Positions 20,350 through 31,539 of a DNA stretch of 64,000 nucleotides are shown piece by piece (position 1 is the first letter of the stretch; every line of letters starts with the position of its first letter). A program made the position numbers and the translations under genes. The stretch comes from Wickerhamiella versatilis (Eukaryota), in NCBI GenBank assembly GCA_030867685.1, contig JAQOWU010000008.1, forward strand, positions 3,596,001-3,660,000. Direction: 5' to 3'. The notes under the pieces were generated by a model, which did not search any database, was not told the origin of the DNA, and saw only the letters and a list, made by a program, of their open reading frames with translations.

Positions 20350-23300
20350 TTACTGACGTAGTCTCTGTGATGAAGAGCGTTCTCTTACTCTGCGAGCCGC
20401 TTCCAGCGCACGTTGACTGGGAGAAGCTTGGGAGACCGTGGTGGGTGGTGTCCCTTGTGAGCTTGAGTTTGACGAGGAACGCACCCCATTAGCACCCCCT
20501 AAAGACTGTTGCCTGGGCTGTGTTTGCGTAGTTGGCACAGAAGATGACTTCGACACTTTACTTGAATCCATAGCTGGAGCAGGTCTTTCTGTGCTAGGTG
20601 GATGAGAAGGTTGAAATTCACGACTCCGAGAATCTCTTAAGTTTGCCCTTGTCCTGATACTCTCAGAACTCTTCACACTAGGTATATCTCTTGGAGTTGA
20701 CCGAGACTCAACTTCGCGACTGCGAACATCTCGTATATTCGACCTTGTTTTCATGCTTTCAGTACTCTTCATATTAGGAATACTTTTTGGGGCCGATCGG
20801 GCTCCAATACCACGACTGCCCGGACTTGCCACATCACTGGCAATTTCAGTTGTTTTAGTATTGTCAGTACCACTTACTCTGGGAATACTTTGTGGAGTTG
20901 ACCGAGCCTCGGCTTGAGGATGTCCTCCTGTTGCAGCAGCAGACCCACTTCGCTTTTTCTGTAGCAATTCTCTCTCAACTGGAACTGATTGCTCAACAGA
21001 AATGTTCGCCTTAGAGGAATTTGTGGACGATTTCTCCAGCTGCTCAGAGGAGATTGCAGAAAGAGGTTTAGTAGCATGCTGTTCTGGATGTTCCGATTTG
21101 GAGCTAAAATCAACAGACTTCTTTGGTCGTAAATACGAGGTACTTGCACGAGCTGTCGCTTTAGAGTCCTCTGTGTTTCCGCTTCCGAAATATTCTTTAA
21201 GCTGTGCCAATTGCTCACTGAGAGCTGGAGCACGAGAATCATGGCGATGTTTTAGTCGAAGCAACAGACTTAAATCTTCGAAAGTGAGGTCAGTTTCACG
21301 ATTGCGAGCTTTCTCTAAAATAAGGTTAGGCGAGAGCCTGAAAAGGTCATAATAGCTCGCTGCACGAGAGAAGTTGACGGACTTAGGATCGGCAACCAAG
21401 CTTGTAAGTAGCTGCTGAAGGGAGAAAATGCTGGAGCATACTCTGTCATGTCCCGCTTCTGTCAACTCAGGAATAACCTCACTCTTCAGAATGAAGAGCT
21501 CCTGCATAAGTTGTGGAATACCGTAAAATACATAATCTCGATCATGTTCACTCATGCGCTCCCTGCATATGTCGCTCGTACCAGCAAGCTCCCGTTGCAG
21601 AGCGTCCACAACTAAGTTTGGTTCTTCACGACGTCTACTAGCGAAATTGCCTCTCTCGAACATTTGATCAAGATAATAAACTACACGGAGCATTGTATCT
21701 ACACGCAGCAAAGAAAGAATGCGCCAAGCCAGGTCATCAAGGCCTGTAGTGATTGTATCAAAACGTGTGAGTTCGTCATTGTCTAGTACAGCACCAGCGC
21801 CATGTTGTGAGGAAACTTCTAGCAAAGTCCAGCGCTTTCGCACACGAGTACGAAGTGCTTGGGCATTTTCGGAGGAATTCTCTGCCGCTCTCACCACCCT
21901 CATTTTTCGTAAACGAGCAGCTATCCACTCAGAGCTTGTCGCTAACAGAGCCATTGTTCGGAATACTTCCGTATCGAGCAGATCAGATATTTTTAGATGT
22001 GCTTTAGCACTATTTCGGCGAGCAAGATAAACTTTGATCTCGGAATGGAAATCACTCGTATTGTTTGCGTACAAAGCCCGTAAAAGTGGTTCTGAATCCC
22101 GGAGTATGGACTGTGAAACCTGGTTTTTACCACCTGAAACATCTTGTTCAACCATTTTGTCCTCGAAATACTGCTGTACAGTTTCAAGAAGATCAAGAAG
22201 TAAATTGGCATACTCCGCACGGAAATGCGCACCTGTGTTAAGAAGTTGACAAAGTAGATATACAAGATCAACAAATTTAACAGAGGCGATCGTAATCGGC
22301 AACTGCGAACGTTTTGACCATTCAGATTGAACCTGAAGACCTGCGGGATCTGCAAGTATATCATCAAAAGCATGTTGTAAAGCGAGTTCGAGTCGAGGCA
22401 TGAAGGTACGACGCAGCCAGTCATCAAGAAATCGGTCCATGTAGGAGACACATGTATCAAAGCCCTTCAAAATGGTGCGGGTACGCTGTAAAAACCCCGC
22501 TGTAGGCTCCAACAACGCTCGCACATTTAAAATGTGGGCAGGAACCACAACACTTAGGTGTGCCTCACGGACTGTATCTGCAAATGGCGACCCAAGCGTC
22601 GAAAGGTCTGGTGTGAGCCCTGGTACTGATTTTTTCAGTGATTTGAGCAATACGTCGAGGTCTGCTGTTGAAGCAGGTGGCTCATCACCAAACTCAAACA
22701 ACGGCCCGACCCAACGACTCCTGGTGGTCCCACTGTCCATGCTCGAAAAAGATCTTCCACGAGCCCGCAGAACTGGAACGCCGGACTCATCAATATATGT
22801 CAAAAGAAAGCTTGCAAGTTCGTCCCTAAGGGCAGTACAAACCTCATTCAAAGGATAATCAATATTTCCGATTTTTATAGCAACATCCGCAACAACGCGA
22901 TGCGCTTCAAGGGATGCCGCTAATTTGGTGAACAATGTGACTGCCAGAGCCTCCAATATGCGCAAAGAGTCGTGTCTTTGGTCAAATAGATGCGTTGGGA
23001 CTGATCGACGCAACGATTCAACAGTAATATGCGCCTGTTTCACAGCATCAGCAACAGTCTCTTCCACAAGTTGCTGGAAGTCAGGTTTGAGTGTCTGTAC
23101 AAGTTGTTCTAGTCCAGTCCCCAGACTATTAAGATCCCTTAAAGTAACCAATAAAGACTTGATGTATTCAAAAGTATTCTGCTCGGCTGGCTGATCGTCA
23201 GGAAGAGTTGTGGCTGTATCCTGCTCGTGCAGAAAATTCTCGAGAGAGCTTTGCTTACCCACGCCATCCTGGAAATTCAGCCTACTTCGCAATGCATTCT

Positions 23301-23997
23301 CTAGCTCTTCGCCAGTCCAAAAGCCAGATTCAGATTCCGTCACCGTAAATGGTTCCCATCGGTCTGAAGTAAATGGTGACTTCAAATATATGTGTGCCTT
23401 TAGCTCTTCGACTAATGTCGAGACCAAAGACGCCTGCTGTGACACGACATAGGAGTACAATTTTGCTATTTCTGGAACTTGCAATAAATTGTGTGCGTTG
23501 ATTGTACTACGTGCTGAACTGAGTACATGTAATGCTTGAAGGAACCGTTTCTGGGAGATGCACTCCTCAAATTTGTCCGGCACAGCATTGAGTCCTTCAA
23601 CAACATCCAATAACTCTAGCATCTGCTTGTGTCGCAAGGAACTCTCTTGCAGATCTCGAAGCATAGGCTTTCGTGTTTCCAGACGCGAGCGAAGACTAAT
23701 GAGCTGATCATGGGCATGCCGTACTTGAGCATGCGTATCATTAAATCCATGCACAACACTACGGTAAGCACCAACAGCACTATTGAATCCCTGGTAATTC
23801 GAATCCACTTGCGCCTTGAGACAGCTCTTCAAGTCTGCATGTAGCTGGGTAAATTCTCCGGCATAATGTTGCAATCCCACACTACTCGTATCTTGAAGAG
23901 CCAATGCAACAACCAAGGGATTAGATTCTTCATCCAGCAAGTCAGAGAAGTGGCGTGAAGCCCGGCGAATCACCAGGTCCACGTCCTCCACCGACAT
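20350..23997 (-). CDS. SEC8: Exocyst subunit Sec8 with low-complexity C-terminal extension
   Basis: NPLVVALALQDTSSVGL, YQGFNSAVGAY, VPDKFEECISQKRFLQA, ELKAHIYLKSP. Confidence 0.85.
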   Translation of the reverse strand: MSVEDVDLVIRRASRHFSDLLDEESNPLVVALALQDTSSVGLQHYAGEFTQLHADLKSCLKAQVDSNYQGFNSAVGAYRSVVHGFNDTHAQVRHAHDQLISLRSRLETRKPMLRDLQESSLRHKQMLELLDVVEGLNAVPDKFEECISQKRFLQALHVLSSARSTINAHNLLQVPEIAKLYSYVVSQQASLVSTLVEELKAHIYLKSPFTSDRWEPFTVTESESGFWTGEELENALRSRLNFQDGVGKQSSLENFLHEQDTATTLPDDQPAEQNTFEYIKSLLVTLRDLNSLGTGLEQLVQTLKPDFQQLVEETVADAVKQAHITVESLRRSVPTHLFDQRHDSLRILEALAVTLFTKLAASLEAHRVVADVAIKIGNIDYPLNEVCTALRDELASFLLTYIDESGVPVLRARGRSFSSMDSGTTRSRWVGPLFEFGDEPPASTADLDVLLKSLKKSVPGLTPDLSTLGSPFADTVREAHLSVVVPAHILNVRALLEPTAGFLQRTRTILKGFDTCVSYMDRFLDDWLRRTFMPRLELALQHAFDDILADPAGLQVQSEWSKRSQLPITIASVKFVDLVYLLCQLLNTGAHFRAEYANLLLDLLETVQQYFEDKMVEQDVSGGKNQVSQSILRDSEPLLRALYANNTSDFHSEIKVYLARRNSAKAHLKISDLLDTEVFRTMALLATSSEWIAARLRKMRVVRAAENSSENAQALRTRVRKRWTLLEVSSQHGAGAVLDNDELTRFDTITTGLDDLAWRILSLLRVDTMLRVVYYLDQMFERGNFASRRREEPNLVVDALQRELAGTSDICRERMSEHDRDYVFYGIPQLMQELFILKSEVIPELTEAGHDRVCSSIFSLQQLLTSLVADPKSVNFSRAASYYDLFRLSPNLILEKARNRETDLTFEDLSLLLRLKHRHDSRAPALSEQLAQLKEYFGSGNTEDSKATARASTSYLRPKKSVDFSSKSEHPEQHATKPLSAISSEQLEKSSTNSSKANISVEQSVPVERELLQKKRSGSAAATGGHPQAEARSTPQSIPRVSGTDNTKTTEIASDVASPGSRGIGARSAPKSIPNMKSTESMKTRSNIRDVRSREVESRSTPRDIPSVKSSESIRTRANLRDSRSREFQPSHPPSTERPAPAMDSSKVSKSSSVPTTQTQPRQQSLGGANGVRSSSNSSSQGTPPTTVSQASPSQRALEAARRVRERSSSQRLRQ
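20612..20803 (-). repeat. Diverged 96-bp (32-aa) tandem duplication in the Sec8 tail
   Basis: RSAPKSIPNMKSTESMKTRSNIRDVRSREVES versus RSTPRDIPSVKSSESIRTRANLRDSRSREFQP; cgact recurs at 20621 and 20717. Confidence 0.75.
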
Positions 23998-24051
23998 AAA
24001 CCGTCCGATTACGTAAGTATAGCTTCTACACTGGTTACTCTAGAATAAATG

Positions 24052-25170
24052 TCATAAGTTTGGTTTGGTTCCATGAATTTCATTTCTAACGAGATTTACC
24101 TCGTTCAAGAGCAACTGAAGTAGCTGGTCTTCACTGATGAGCTCGAAATCTACATCCACAGGGGTAGATTCCAGTTGTTCAATCGAGTTACGAACATTGT
24201 TAAAATATGAAGACTTGAGAGCCTGAGTAGCCGTCAATCGTAACTCAGGCTGATACACAAGAATTTTTTCTAGTGTCTCCAGTAATGCTGGTGGCTCTGA
24301 TCTCGGAATTAATGATGATAATGGGTTGAGGGGGCCCGAGCCCTCAGGATTCCGCATTACACACTGCTGCCATACTGAGGTTAGCTTGGCAGCAGCAAAC
24401 CACGCATAAGGTGGGTGTCCAATGGTTTGTGTGATTCGAAGAAATTGCTCTACCGAGTTTCGACCTCGAAAGAGAGGGCGATGCATGACTAGTTCTGCCA
24501 TGATACATCCCACGGCCCACATGTCTAAACCATAGTGATACCTATCAACTTTGAGTATTATCTCTGGAGCACGATACCATCTTGTTGTCACGTAGTCAGT
24601 GTACTTGTATCGTTCATAGTTTTCACCTATGATACCTCTGGCAAGCCCAAAGTCACACACCTTTATAATTCCTTGTCTGGATACAAGAATATTAGATGGT
24701 TTAAGGTCCCGATGTACAATGGCAGCCGTATGCATGTACTTAACGGCACATAGAAGTTGGTAGGAGATCCATGGAGCATGATGCTCAGTCAATGCCTCAT
24801 CACGAGACCTCAAGATGCTAGACAAATCCATATCCATAATATCATTGTAGCAGTAAAGCCCGGGGAAAAGGGAATCTGTTACGAGATCAACCTCTAGGAG
24901 TGAGATGATATTAGGGTGACCCCGCAAATGATGTGTTAGACGTAACTCCCTAATAGCTCTCCGCAAATGAATGCTATTCTCAAACACATTTTTGATTCGC
25001 TTAACAGCAATTTGTGCTCGGGGGTCTCCATCTTGGATAAACATATGGACATCGCCAAATGTTCCACGACCTAACGCCCTCAATGGCTTCCATCTCTTAT
25101 CTGTGTCGAAGCCAATGTCGAAATATAGAGCACGGTCATTATCTACTCTGCTTGAGCGCTTTCGTAGCAT
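24052..25170 (-). CDS. MAP kinase, probably sporulation-type Smk1-like (TDY activation loop)
   Basis: GRGTFG, AVK, RAIRELRL, HRDLKPSN, DFGLARG, TDYVTTRWYRAPE. Confidence 0.82.
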   Translation of the reverse strand: MLRKRSSRVDNDRALYFDIGFDTDKRWKPLRALGRGTFGDVHMFIQDGDPRAQIAVKRIKNVFENSIHLRRAIRELRLTHHLRGHPNIISLLEVDLVTDSLFPGLYCYNDIMDMDLSSILRSRDEALTEHHAPWISYQLLCAVKYMHTAAIVHRDLKPSNILVSRQGIIKVCDFGLARGIIGENYERYKYTDYVTTRWYRAPEIILKVDRYHYGLDMWAVGCIMAELVMHRPLFRGRNSVEQFLRITQTIGHPPYAWFAAAKLTSVWQQCVMRNPEGSGPLNPLSSLIPRSEPPALLETLEKILVYQPELRLTATQALKSSYFNNVRNSIEQLESTPVDVDFELISEDQLLQLLLNEVNLVRNEIHGTKPNL

Positions 25171-25282
25171 AAAAAAATGACTCTAGGATTTAGATGGGCT
25201 ATTTAGATGCTCGAGATTAAGGAATTACCATTTAGGGCAATAATCGAGCGAATTGCTGTAATTGGACTGAAAATGCTCGCAA

Positions 25283-25618
25283 TTACTTTCCTGCGCTATC
25301 TATTGCTCTTTTGATTATCTCAAGGGAGGTCTTTTCGTCTTGCACTGAAACCTTCCCTTCAAACCAATCTACCAAAGTCGGCTTCGGGAGCTCTGACGGT
25401 TTTATCCCCTGCAAGTCAACAATTGATTCTTGGATGAATTTTAGTTGCTCCGAGGTAGGTTCTTTTTCTGTTACATCCAGTTTAATATTGCGGCCCGAGT
25501 CCATTGAGTTCACCAGCTGAGAAGCCTGAGAAACCAATGATGAAGAAGTTGCGAGACCTGGGTTATTGAAAATCGTAATAACTCCAGGAAGGCGCTGTAA
25601 AGTTTTAAACATCGACAT
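25283..25618 (-). CDS. DUF1687/Fmp46-like mitochondrial thioredoxin-fold protein
   Basis: MSMFKTLQ...ITIFNNP...LDVTEKEPTSEQL...PTLVDW pattern. Confidence 0.7.
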   Translation of the reverse strand: MSMFKTLQRLPGVITIFNNPGLATSSSLVSQASQLVNSMDSGRNIKLDVTEKEPTSEQLKFIQESIVDLQGIKPSELPKPTLVDWFEGKVSVQDEKTSLEIIKRAIDSAGK

Positions 25619-25960
25619 TGCTGTACTGCGGAGGTATCCCTATGAGTATGTAATCCCGGAAGTATAAAGAGAATACGACCTAGCATCCCTATATCTCATC
25701 ATTTCCGTGAGGAGAAGTGAAATACATCCCGTCTGAATAGAATGTAAAAGTGGAGGTAAATAGCTCACATTAGAAGGCGTAATTATTGACTGGCTTTCAT
25801 ACAGATATATTTGGCAAGATCGATTGCATGAAGCAAAGTACTATCTTATCTCTATTTAGCAAGACATATCTATTCTAGAAGTATGATAAGTTGGGTTTCA
25901 GCAGTGCTTCAGATTTGCCAATCCTAAACAGAAAACATATCAAATCACGGTACTTGAACT

Positions 25961-26878
25961 ATGACTAAACCACATATGGACTACGACAAGAATGTTCTGG
26001 CGATTCAAAGCCATGTGGTACATGGATATGTTGGAAACAGGGCAGCAACATTTCCTTTACAGCTGAGAGGATGGAATGTAGATGCTATGAATACTGTCCA
26101 ATTCAGCAACCATACAGGATATGGATCATTTGAGGGGCGAAAAACTACCGCTGACGAGCTCTCACTATTATTCAAAGGTCTCGAAAGACAGGAATTCGAA
26201 TATTCAGGCCTACTTAGTGGTTATTTGCCCTCGGCTGAAGCAGTACACGCAGTTCTTTCGATGGGACATCAGCTTCGCGCTAAGACACCAGATCTCATTT
26301 GGCTTTTGGACCCCGTAATGGGAGATGCGGGTCAATTGTATGTAAAGGAAGATGTTGTTCCCGCGTATAGAGAAGCTCTGAAGTCAGGTATAGTTTCTCT
26401 CACTACACCTAATTACTATGAAGTTGAACTGCTTACGGGGATAACATTAGATTCGGAGTCATCTGTTCATCGCGCTTTGGATGTACTGCATAAAGACTTT
26501 TCTGTGCCATACGTTGTTATATCATCAGTAGAGTTACATGGTGACTTATTTTGCATCGCATCTTCCTCGGAGGGGAAATTTAGTTACCAATTGAACCAGA
26601 TCGATAGCTACTTTACTGGAACGGGCGATCTTTTTGCTGCTCTGTTGTTTGACAATTTTCATAGATACAAAAGAAATCTGAGAAAAGCAGTAGGTGCAAG
26701 TCTGGGTGCTCTACACAGCGTTCTAATGCGTACCTATGAATTTGGTCTGTCTCATAATGTGACGAAAACAAAAATCCGTGACAAATCTATGAAATACCAC
26801 GAATTGAGATTAATTCAGTGTCGAGATATTCTCATTTCCACGGAATATGAAGGGCCCATTTCTGTTGAATTTGTCTAG
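25961..26878 (+). CDS. BUD16: Pyridoxal kinase
   Basis: VLAIQSHVVHGYVGNRAA, TVQFSNHTGY, LDPVMGD, TPNYYE, FTGTGDLFAAL. Confidence 0.9.
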   Translation: MTKPHMDYDKNVLAIQSHVVHGYVGNRAATFPLQLRGWNVDAMNTVQFSNHTGYGSFEGRKTTADELSLLFKGLERQEFEYSGLLSGYLPSAEAVHAVLSMGHQLRAKTPDLIWLLDPVMGDAGQLYVKEDVVPAYREALKSGIVSLTTPNYYEVELLTGITLDSESSVHRALDVLHKDFSVPYVVISSVELHGDLFCIASSSEGKFSYQLNQIDSYFTGTGDLFAALLFDNFHRYKRNLRKAVGASLGALHSVLMRTYEFGLSHNVTKTKIRDKSMKYHELRLIQCRDILISTEYEGPISVEFV

Positions 26879-27112
26879 GCGTCAACGTCAACGTCTCCAA
26901 ATTACCTTTATGGGAATAATATTGTTATAGAATGCGAGGTTTTTGTCTTTTTACAATGATCTCGCTAAATACTAATATCTCAGCGCATCTTAATTCGAAA
27001 ATATGGGCTTCAATTACTAGCGCAATTTCTATATTAGGGAATACTCGAGCGACTTACGTACATCTTCCGGGTGGCTGGTATCAATCCTTGCCCTTGGCTT
27101 CTTGACACAATC

Positions 27113-27946
27113 ATGGAAAAATGCCTGGATGCAGTCTTTGTGAAGCCGGGAAATAATTCTGAGAAGAAAAAGAAGTTTCCATTTCTCCGAAGGAAGCGGT
27201 CAGAACAAAAACCTGAGCCATATTTTCCAGCCGCTGATATTGATAATTCAACAGAACTCGATGTGCAGCATGACAGTCTCTGTAGGCCCTGGGATTCGGA
27301 ATCCTTCAATTACGTTGGAACAGATTACGCTGTAGATGATCAAATGGTAGATGCGGAAGTCCCGTTGCCTGCCAATGACCGATCAGCTCTCACTCGATTG
27401 CTGGTCCGGGGTTCGCGGTTCGAGAGGCCTGAAGACAGAGAAAGACCATTATTTTCCAATAATCCACGTATTTTTGAGTTACCTGCATCACCTCGTACTC
27501 CCATGAGACCCAAGTCTTATGGTGATATTGTCTTTCGTGGCAGTGTCAAGTCCGACCGCAATTGCTCAACTGGAAGAAGCTCATCACGGACATCTTCCAT
27601 AAGAGATTTAAGTACAGGCACACGAGGCTCAGACATGACTGTTCAGACAAGACACGCATCAAGCAGAAAGGTATCTGGCCAAAGTTGTAATGCTCTCGAA
27701 CCTCCAAGGACCGATAATTTTTTGAATCTTTGCCGCTCCTTAGCAAGGTCAAGCGTTATTCTCTCTCCCATTGATCGTATTGCAGACCTGACTGAACGAT
27801 TTGAGGTTTGTGTCGTTTTATTGGAACTAGTGGCCATGCTATGGCTACTATACCAAATATCTATATTGGTCAAGGCCATCGCAATGGCTATTCAGACACT
27901 ATTTTTACCTCTTATAATTATAAGCAAGCTCTTGGGCTACATGTAG
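27113..27946 (+). CDS. Uncharacterised protein with C-terminal hydrophobic segments
   Basis: 277-aa ORF from first ATG; Ser/Arg-rich middle and hydrophobic C-terminus. Family not recognised. Confidence 0.65.
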   Translation: MEKCLDAVFVKPGNNSEKKKKFPFLRRKRSEQKPEPYFPAADIDNSTELDVQHDSLCRPWDSESFNYVGTDYAVDDQMVDAEVPLPANDRSALTRLLVRGSRFERPEDRERPLFSNNPRIFELPASPRTPMRPKSYGDIVFRGSVKSDRNCSTGRSSSRTSSIRDLSTGTRGSDMTVQTRHASSRKVSGQSCNALEPPRTDNFLNLCRSLARSSVILSPIDRIADLTERFEVCVVLLELVAMLWLLYQISILVKAIAMAIQTLFLPLIIISKLLGYM

Positions 27947-28024
27947 ACCTCTTTTCATGCATAGATTCGATACATAGTATAACTCGCATACAATCAGTAA
28001 GCGACTTGCATCTACCTGATTTAC

Positions 28025-30693
28025 ATGCGCATTTTGGCGGGGCTGCCAAAGAGATTCTTGGCTCAGCAGTATTGGGATGATTATCTCGTGATTTTATATA
28101 GTTCTGGATACGAGTTGGTTGTTTTAGACCATGCTAAACCGATCCAGAATCTACCTATCGCGAACGTCTGCAGCGCGAGCCTGAATCCTAAAACTGGTAC
28201 TTTATTGGCTGTTACTCCGGAAAAAATGATTGTTTTTGAAGCTGTAACATCTTTTAACAAATCTCCTCGATGGTGCATTGTTCGAGAGCTCAATTTTCCC
28301 GAAATTTCTTCAGTCGCGTGGCTTGATAAAGCACGCTTCGCTTTCTCGTGTAAATCGGACATATTTATTTTTTCTGACACAGGAAATGAATTATCACATT
28401 CAAGGGTACCTCACAGCTCATTGCTGCTATCTGACTTTTCAGGAATGCTCTTTATTTACGACTGCCACACAAATCTTCCAAAACTGAGCAAGGACGATGT
28501 ATTTACTTATTTGCCCCATCCCGGAAAGATCAGCTGGTGTCAGTTTTATCAAGGATTTCTTTTTACGCTAGCGGGCGGTTGGCTTCGTATATGGGAAGGC
28601 TGGCAACTAAGAGCAGCATGCCCTGCCGTCTCCCCGCCATACCTTCTTGAGGACGGTGAGGTAATAGTTGATGGTAAAAAGTATGTACTAGCTGCGCAAC
28701 AGCTAGTCCCTCGTCAGAATAATCCTAGCATCCCCTCTGGTATTGTCGCTGCTAATTGCGGAGATGGTAAGTATGTCGTACTCAATGATAACTCTTTGCA
28801 ATTATTCCAGCAGACCCCTACAACAGACTTCTGTATGGTTGGAGAGTCCACAGGCTCGTATGGTCTTGTCGAGCACATTATTACTTTGGATGAGGGTATT
28901 CTCTGTGTGACAAAAGAGGAAAAAATACTCTGGGACCATCATATGCACCATAGACTTCATAGATACCAGGAGTTACCTGAACTCAAGGCAGTGGATGGTT
29001 CAAGGACTTTGTGGTGGAAAGATGGAGAGCTAAGGTTGAACGAAAAAACATTGGATAAGATTTCTGATAAGCCAGAGATCTTGGACCTTAAGAATGACTA
29101 TGCCATCTCCGTAGGAGGCGGTCTGGCGAAAGTTTTCAAAATTAGGGGTACCCCAGAGTTGGAAATTGTATTTGAAGCAGACTCTGCAGCACTCTGCCGT
29201 GACTTGTTAGCTATTGCAACCAATATGGAAACGACGTTTTATGCACTAGAAAAATGGATACCTCTTCGCAAAGTTAGAGGCAATGCACCGGCATTTTCTC
29301 ACGATGGATATTCCGTATTAGCTCAAGGCTACATTATTGTGATCCTAGGGCCTGAACTCTCTGAGAATGATGATTACAATGATACACTTGCCTACGATGC
29401 AATTCGAAAATGGAACTTGCCACATTGTAAAACTATATTTGACGTATCTCGTTTTCTTAGACATGAGTTACCTCTGTATTCTCCTAAGGTGCTCAGTCAA
29501 CTAATTCAAGGAGATCGCATTGATGTTGTCCGAGATATTCTTGGATCACTGTTGGAAGAGCTTCGATTTAGTGTTGTTGATGAGAAAACAAAACAAGCCA
29601 ACATCACCCTTAAGATGCCAATGAAAAACTACAATTATAATGCTTCTGAGCTTGTCGATCGTCTCGAAAAAAGCCATTTGCCATATCTCACTGCTGAAAT
29701 GCAACAGCAGCTGATACGTATTGCATCCACCATAGAAGGTCAGGAGGAAGATTTGGACTTTTATTCTATCTGCTTTCTCACTCTTCATGATACAGAAGAG
29801 CCGAAAGCTGATAATTGGGCGTACCATTCAAGGGTAAAACCTGCTCTTCTAGCATCTCTTAACTTAAAACCTACTTGGGAAAGCTATGCTTCAGTCGGAG
29901 CTGGGTGGTGGCTAGAACTCGAAACGCTCGCAGAGACCTTCGAACAGATTGGCAAAAACATTTTTGCTCGCCAGCGAGACCCTGTCAAGTGTAGTCTCTG
30001 GTATCTTGCATTGAAAAAAAAAGCATACTACAAGGTCTATGGCGTATCAGCCATGGCCATCCCGAGCAGCAGAAAACAATTAAGCTCCTTTCGCATGACT
30101 ACACTACGCCTAGATGGCGCACAGCAGCTATGAAAAATGCATACGCCCTAATGAGCCTTCACAGATATGAGTACGCGGCCAGCTTATTCTTGCTAGGTGA
30201 TTCACCTGTAGATGCATGTCAGACCATTGCCCGTGGATGCAACGATCTTCAGCTGGCAGTAGCCGTGGCACGACTTTATAATAGCAACAAAGCTTTAAAT
30301 ATGCTCGCAACACGGTACTTCGACGACAACTTATGGTTCAAGTCTTGGGAATTATGGGAAACCGGTTCTGAGCTTGAAGCATGTAAAAGGCTTGTTACTG
30401 ATCCTTGCGGTCTTCTTCTCTATAAGCAAATACGGCATTTGCCTAAAGCTATTGTACCGGATGAAAGAGAGGCAGTGGAAAAAATGCGGACATGTTTTTC
30501 GCTATCATTTGTGGCGGAAAAGGTTATTGAGAACTGGGATTATCAAAAGCCCGGTGATACCATTAAAGGTAGTAATACTCAGAAACCGAGCAATAGCGAC
30601 ATGCCGGAAACCCCAGCAGGCAATGGATTTAAGCCCCCACCTACAAATCTACAACTCGAACCAGACATGAGTGCATTCGACTTCGGCTTTTAG
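28025..30693 (+). CDS. RAV1: RAVE complex subunit Rav1, split by a one-base frameshift in an A9 run (30014-30022)
   Basis: LPLYSPKVLSQ, WAYHS, DPVKCSLWYLALKKK in ORF1. The -1 frame continues SILQGLWRISHGHPEQQKT...RWRTAAMKNAYALMSLHRYEYAASLFLLGD into ORF 30130..30693. Confidence 0.88.
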
Positions 30694-30705
30694 ATAAGAT
30701 TAAAT

Positions 30706-31206
30706 TCACTTACCAAACTTGATATTTTTATCTTGAAGCTGTGAAAAGTCGAGTTCGGGATGCTGATTTTTGAATTTGTCTAGCATTTGCTTTTGCTTTT
30801 GCTCATCAGACGTCGGACGCCCCAATTGTTTCTGCTGCTGGTCATGCATCATTTTTTCGACTGTTGCGCGGGTCTCGGAATCTAAGTCGCTTAGGGAACT
30901 TTGTTCAGGCTCAATCTTTGTAACGTCGATTTTTGGATCAGTAGTGACGACATGTGGCCACCATTCCTGCTTTTTTTTCTCCAAAGTAATGCTAAGCTCC
31001 GTTTGATCCGTAATACCCCACGTAGATTCTTCGGTATTAATATCAGCATAAATTTCGCCTTCAATCAACGTATCCCCAGACCTTGTAGATGCATAGATAT
31101 TTTTCGGTGATATCTTGACATCCAGCATTTTGGCACGAGTAGGCTGTGCCAGTGGGATGTGGACTGTAATGTCCTGCAAAGTCTGGTCAAAGGTGTAGTT
31201 TCCCAT
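30706..31206 (-). CDS. Nuclear movement protein NudC (CS/p23 domain)
   Basis: YTFDQTLQD, WWPHVVTTDPKID, LSDLDSETRATVEKMMHDQQQKQLGRPTSDE, QHPELDFS. First ATG at 31206. Confidence 0.9.
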   Translation of the reverse strand: MGNYTFDQTLQDITVHIPLAQPTRAKMLDVKISPKNIYASTRSGDTLIEGEIYADINTEESTWGITDQTELSITLEKKKQEWWPHVVTTDPKIDVTKIEPEQSSLSDLDSETRATVEKMMHDQQQKQLGRPTSDEQKQKQMLDKFKNQHPELDFSQLQDKNIKFGK

Positions 31207-31539
31207 CTCAGCTCCACTTAGCTTCCAACTGTCTGCGTCAGCACACACTTCATACTGGGGGTGAAGAATATATGTATTCAAGGAAGTAACCGAGTAAAAA
31301 TACAAAGAAATCAGCAAGTTGAAGACAAATTAGATCATTAGCGTGCTCAATGTATCAGTGTGCTTCAGAATAAGCTTAAGTAGTTTTCAAGCCTTAAAGA
31401 AAATTAGCATCGGCTGTAAAAAAAACTAATAAAAATTAAAAAAAGTTTTGTTCAATTCTAAGGAATCTATCAATTGTACTATCTTGATTTATTAAAAGTT
31501 TAATTCGACTTTGTTAGCCACTATTGCTATCTTATCCAT

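Noticed and set aside
30130-30693. 187-aa ORF as an independent gene
   Set aside because: It is the C-terminal part of frameshifted RAV1.
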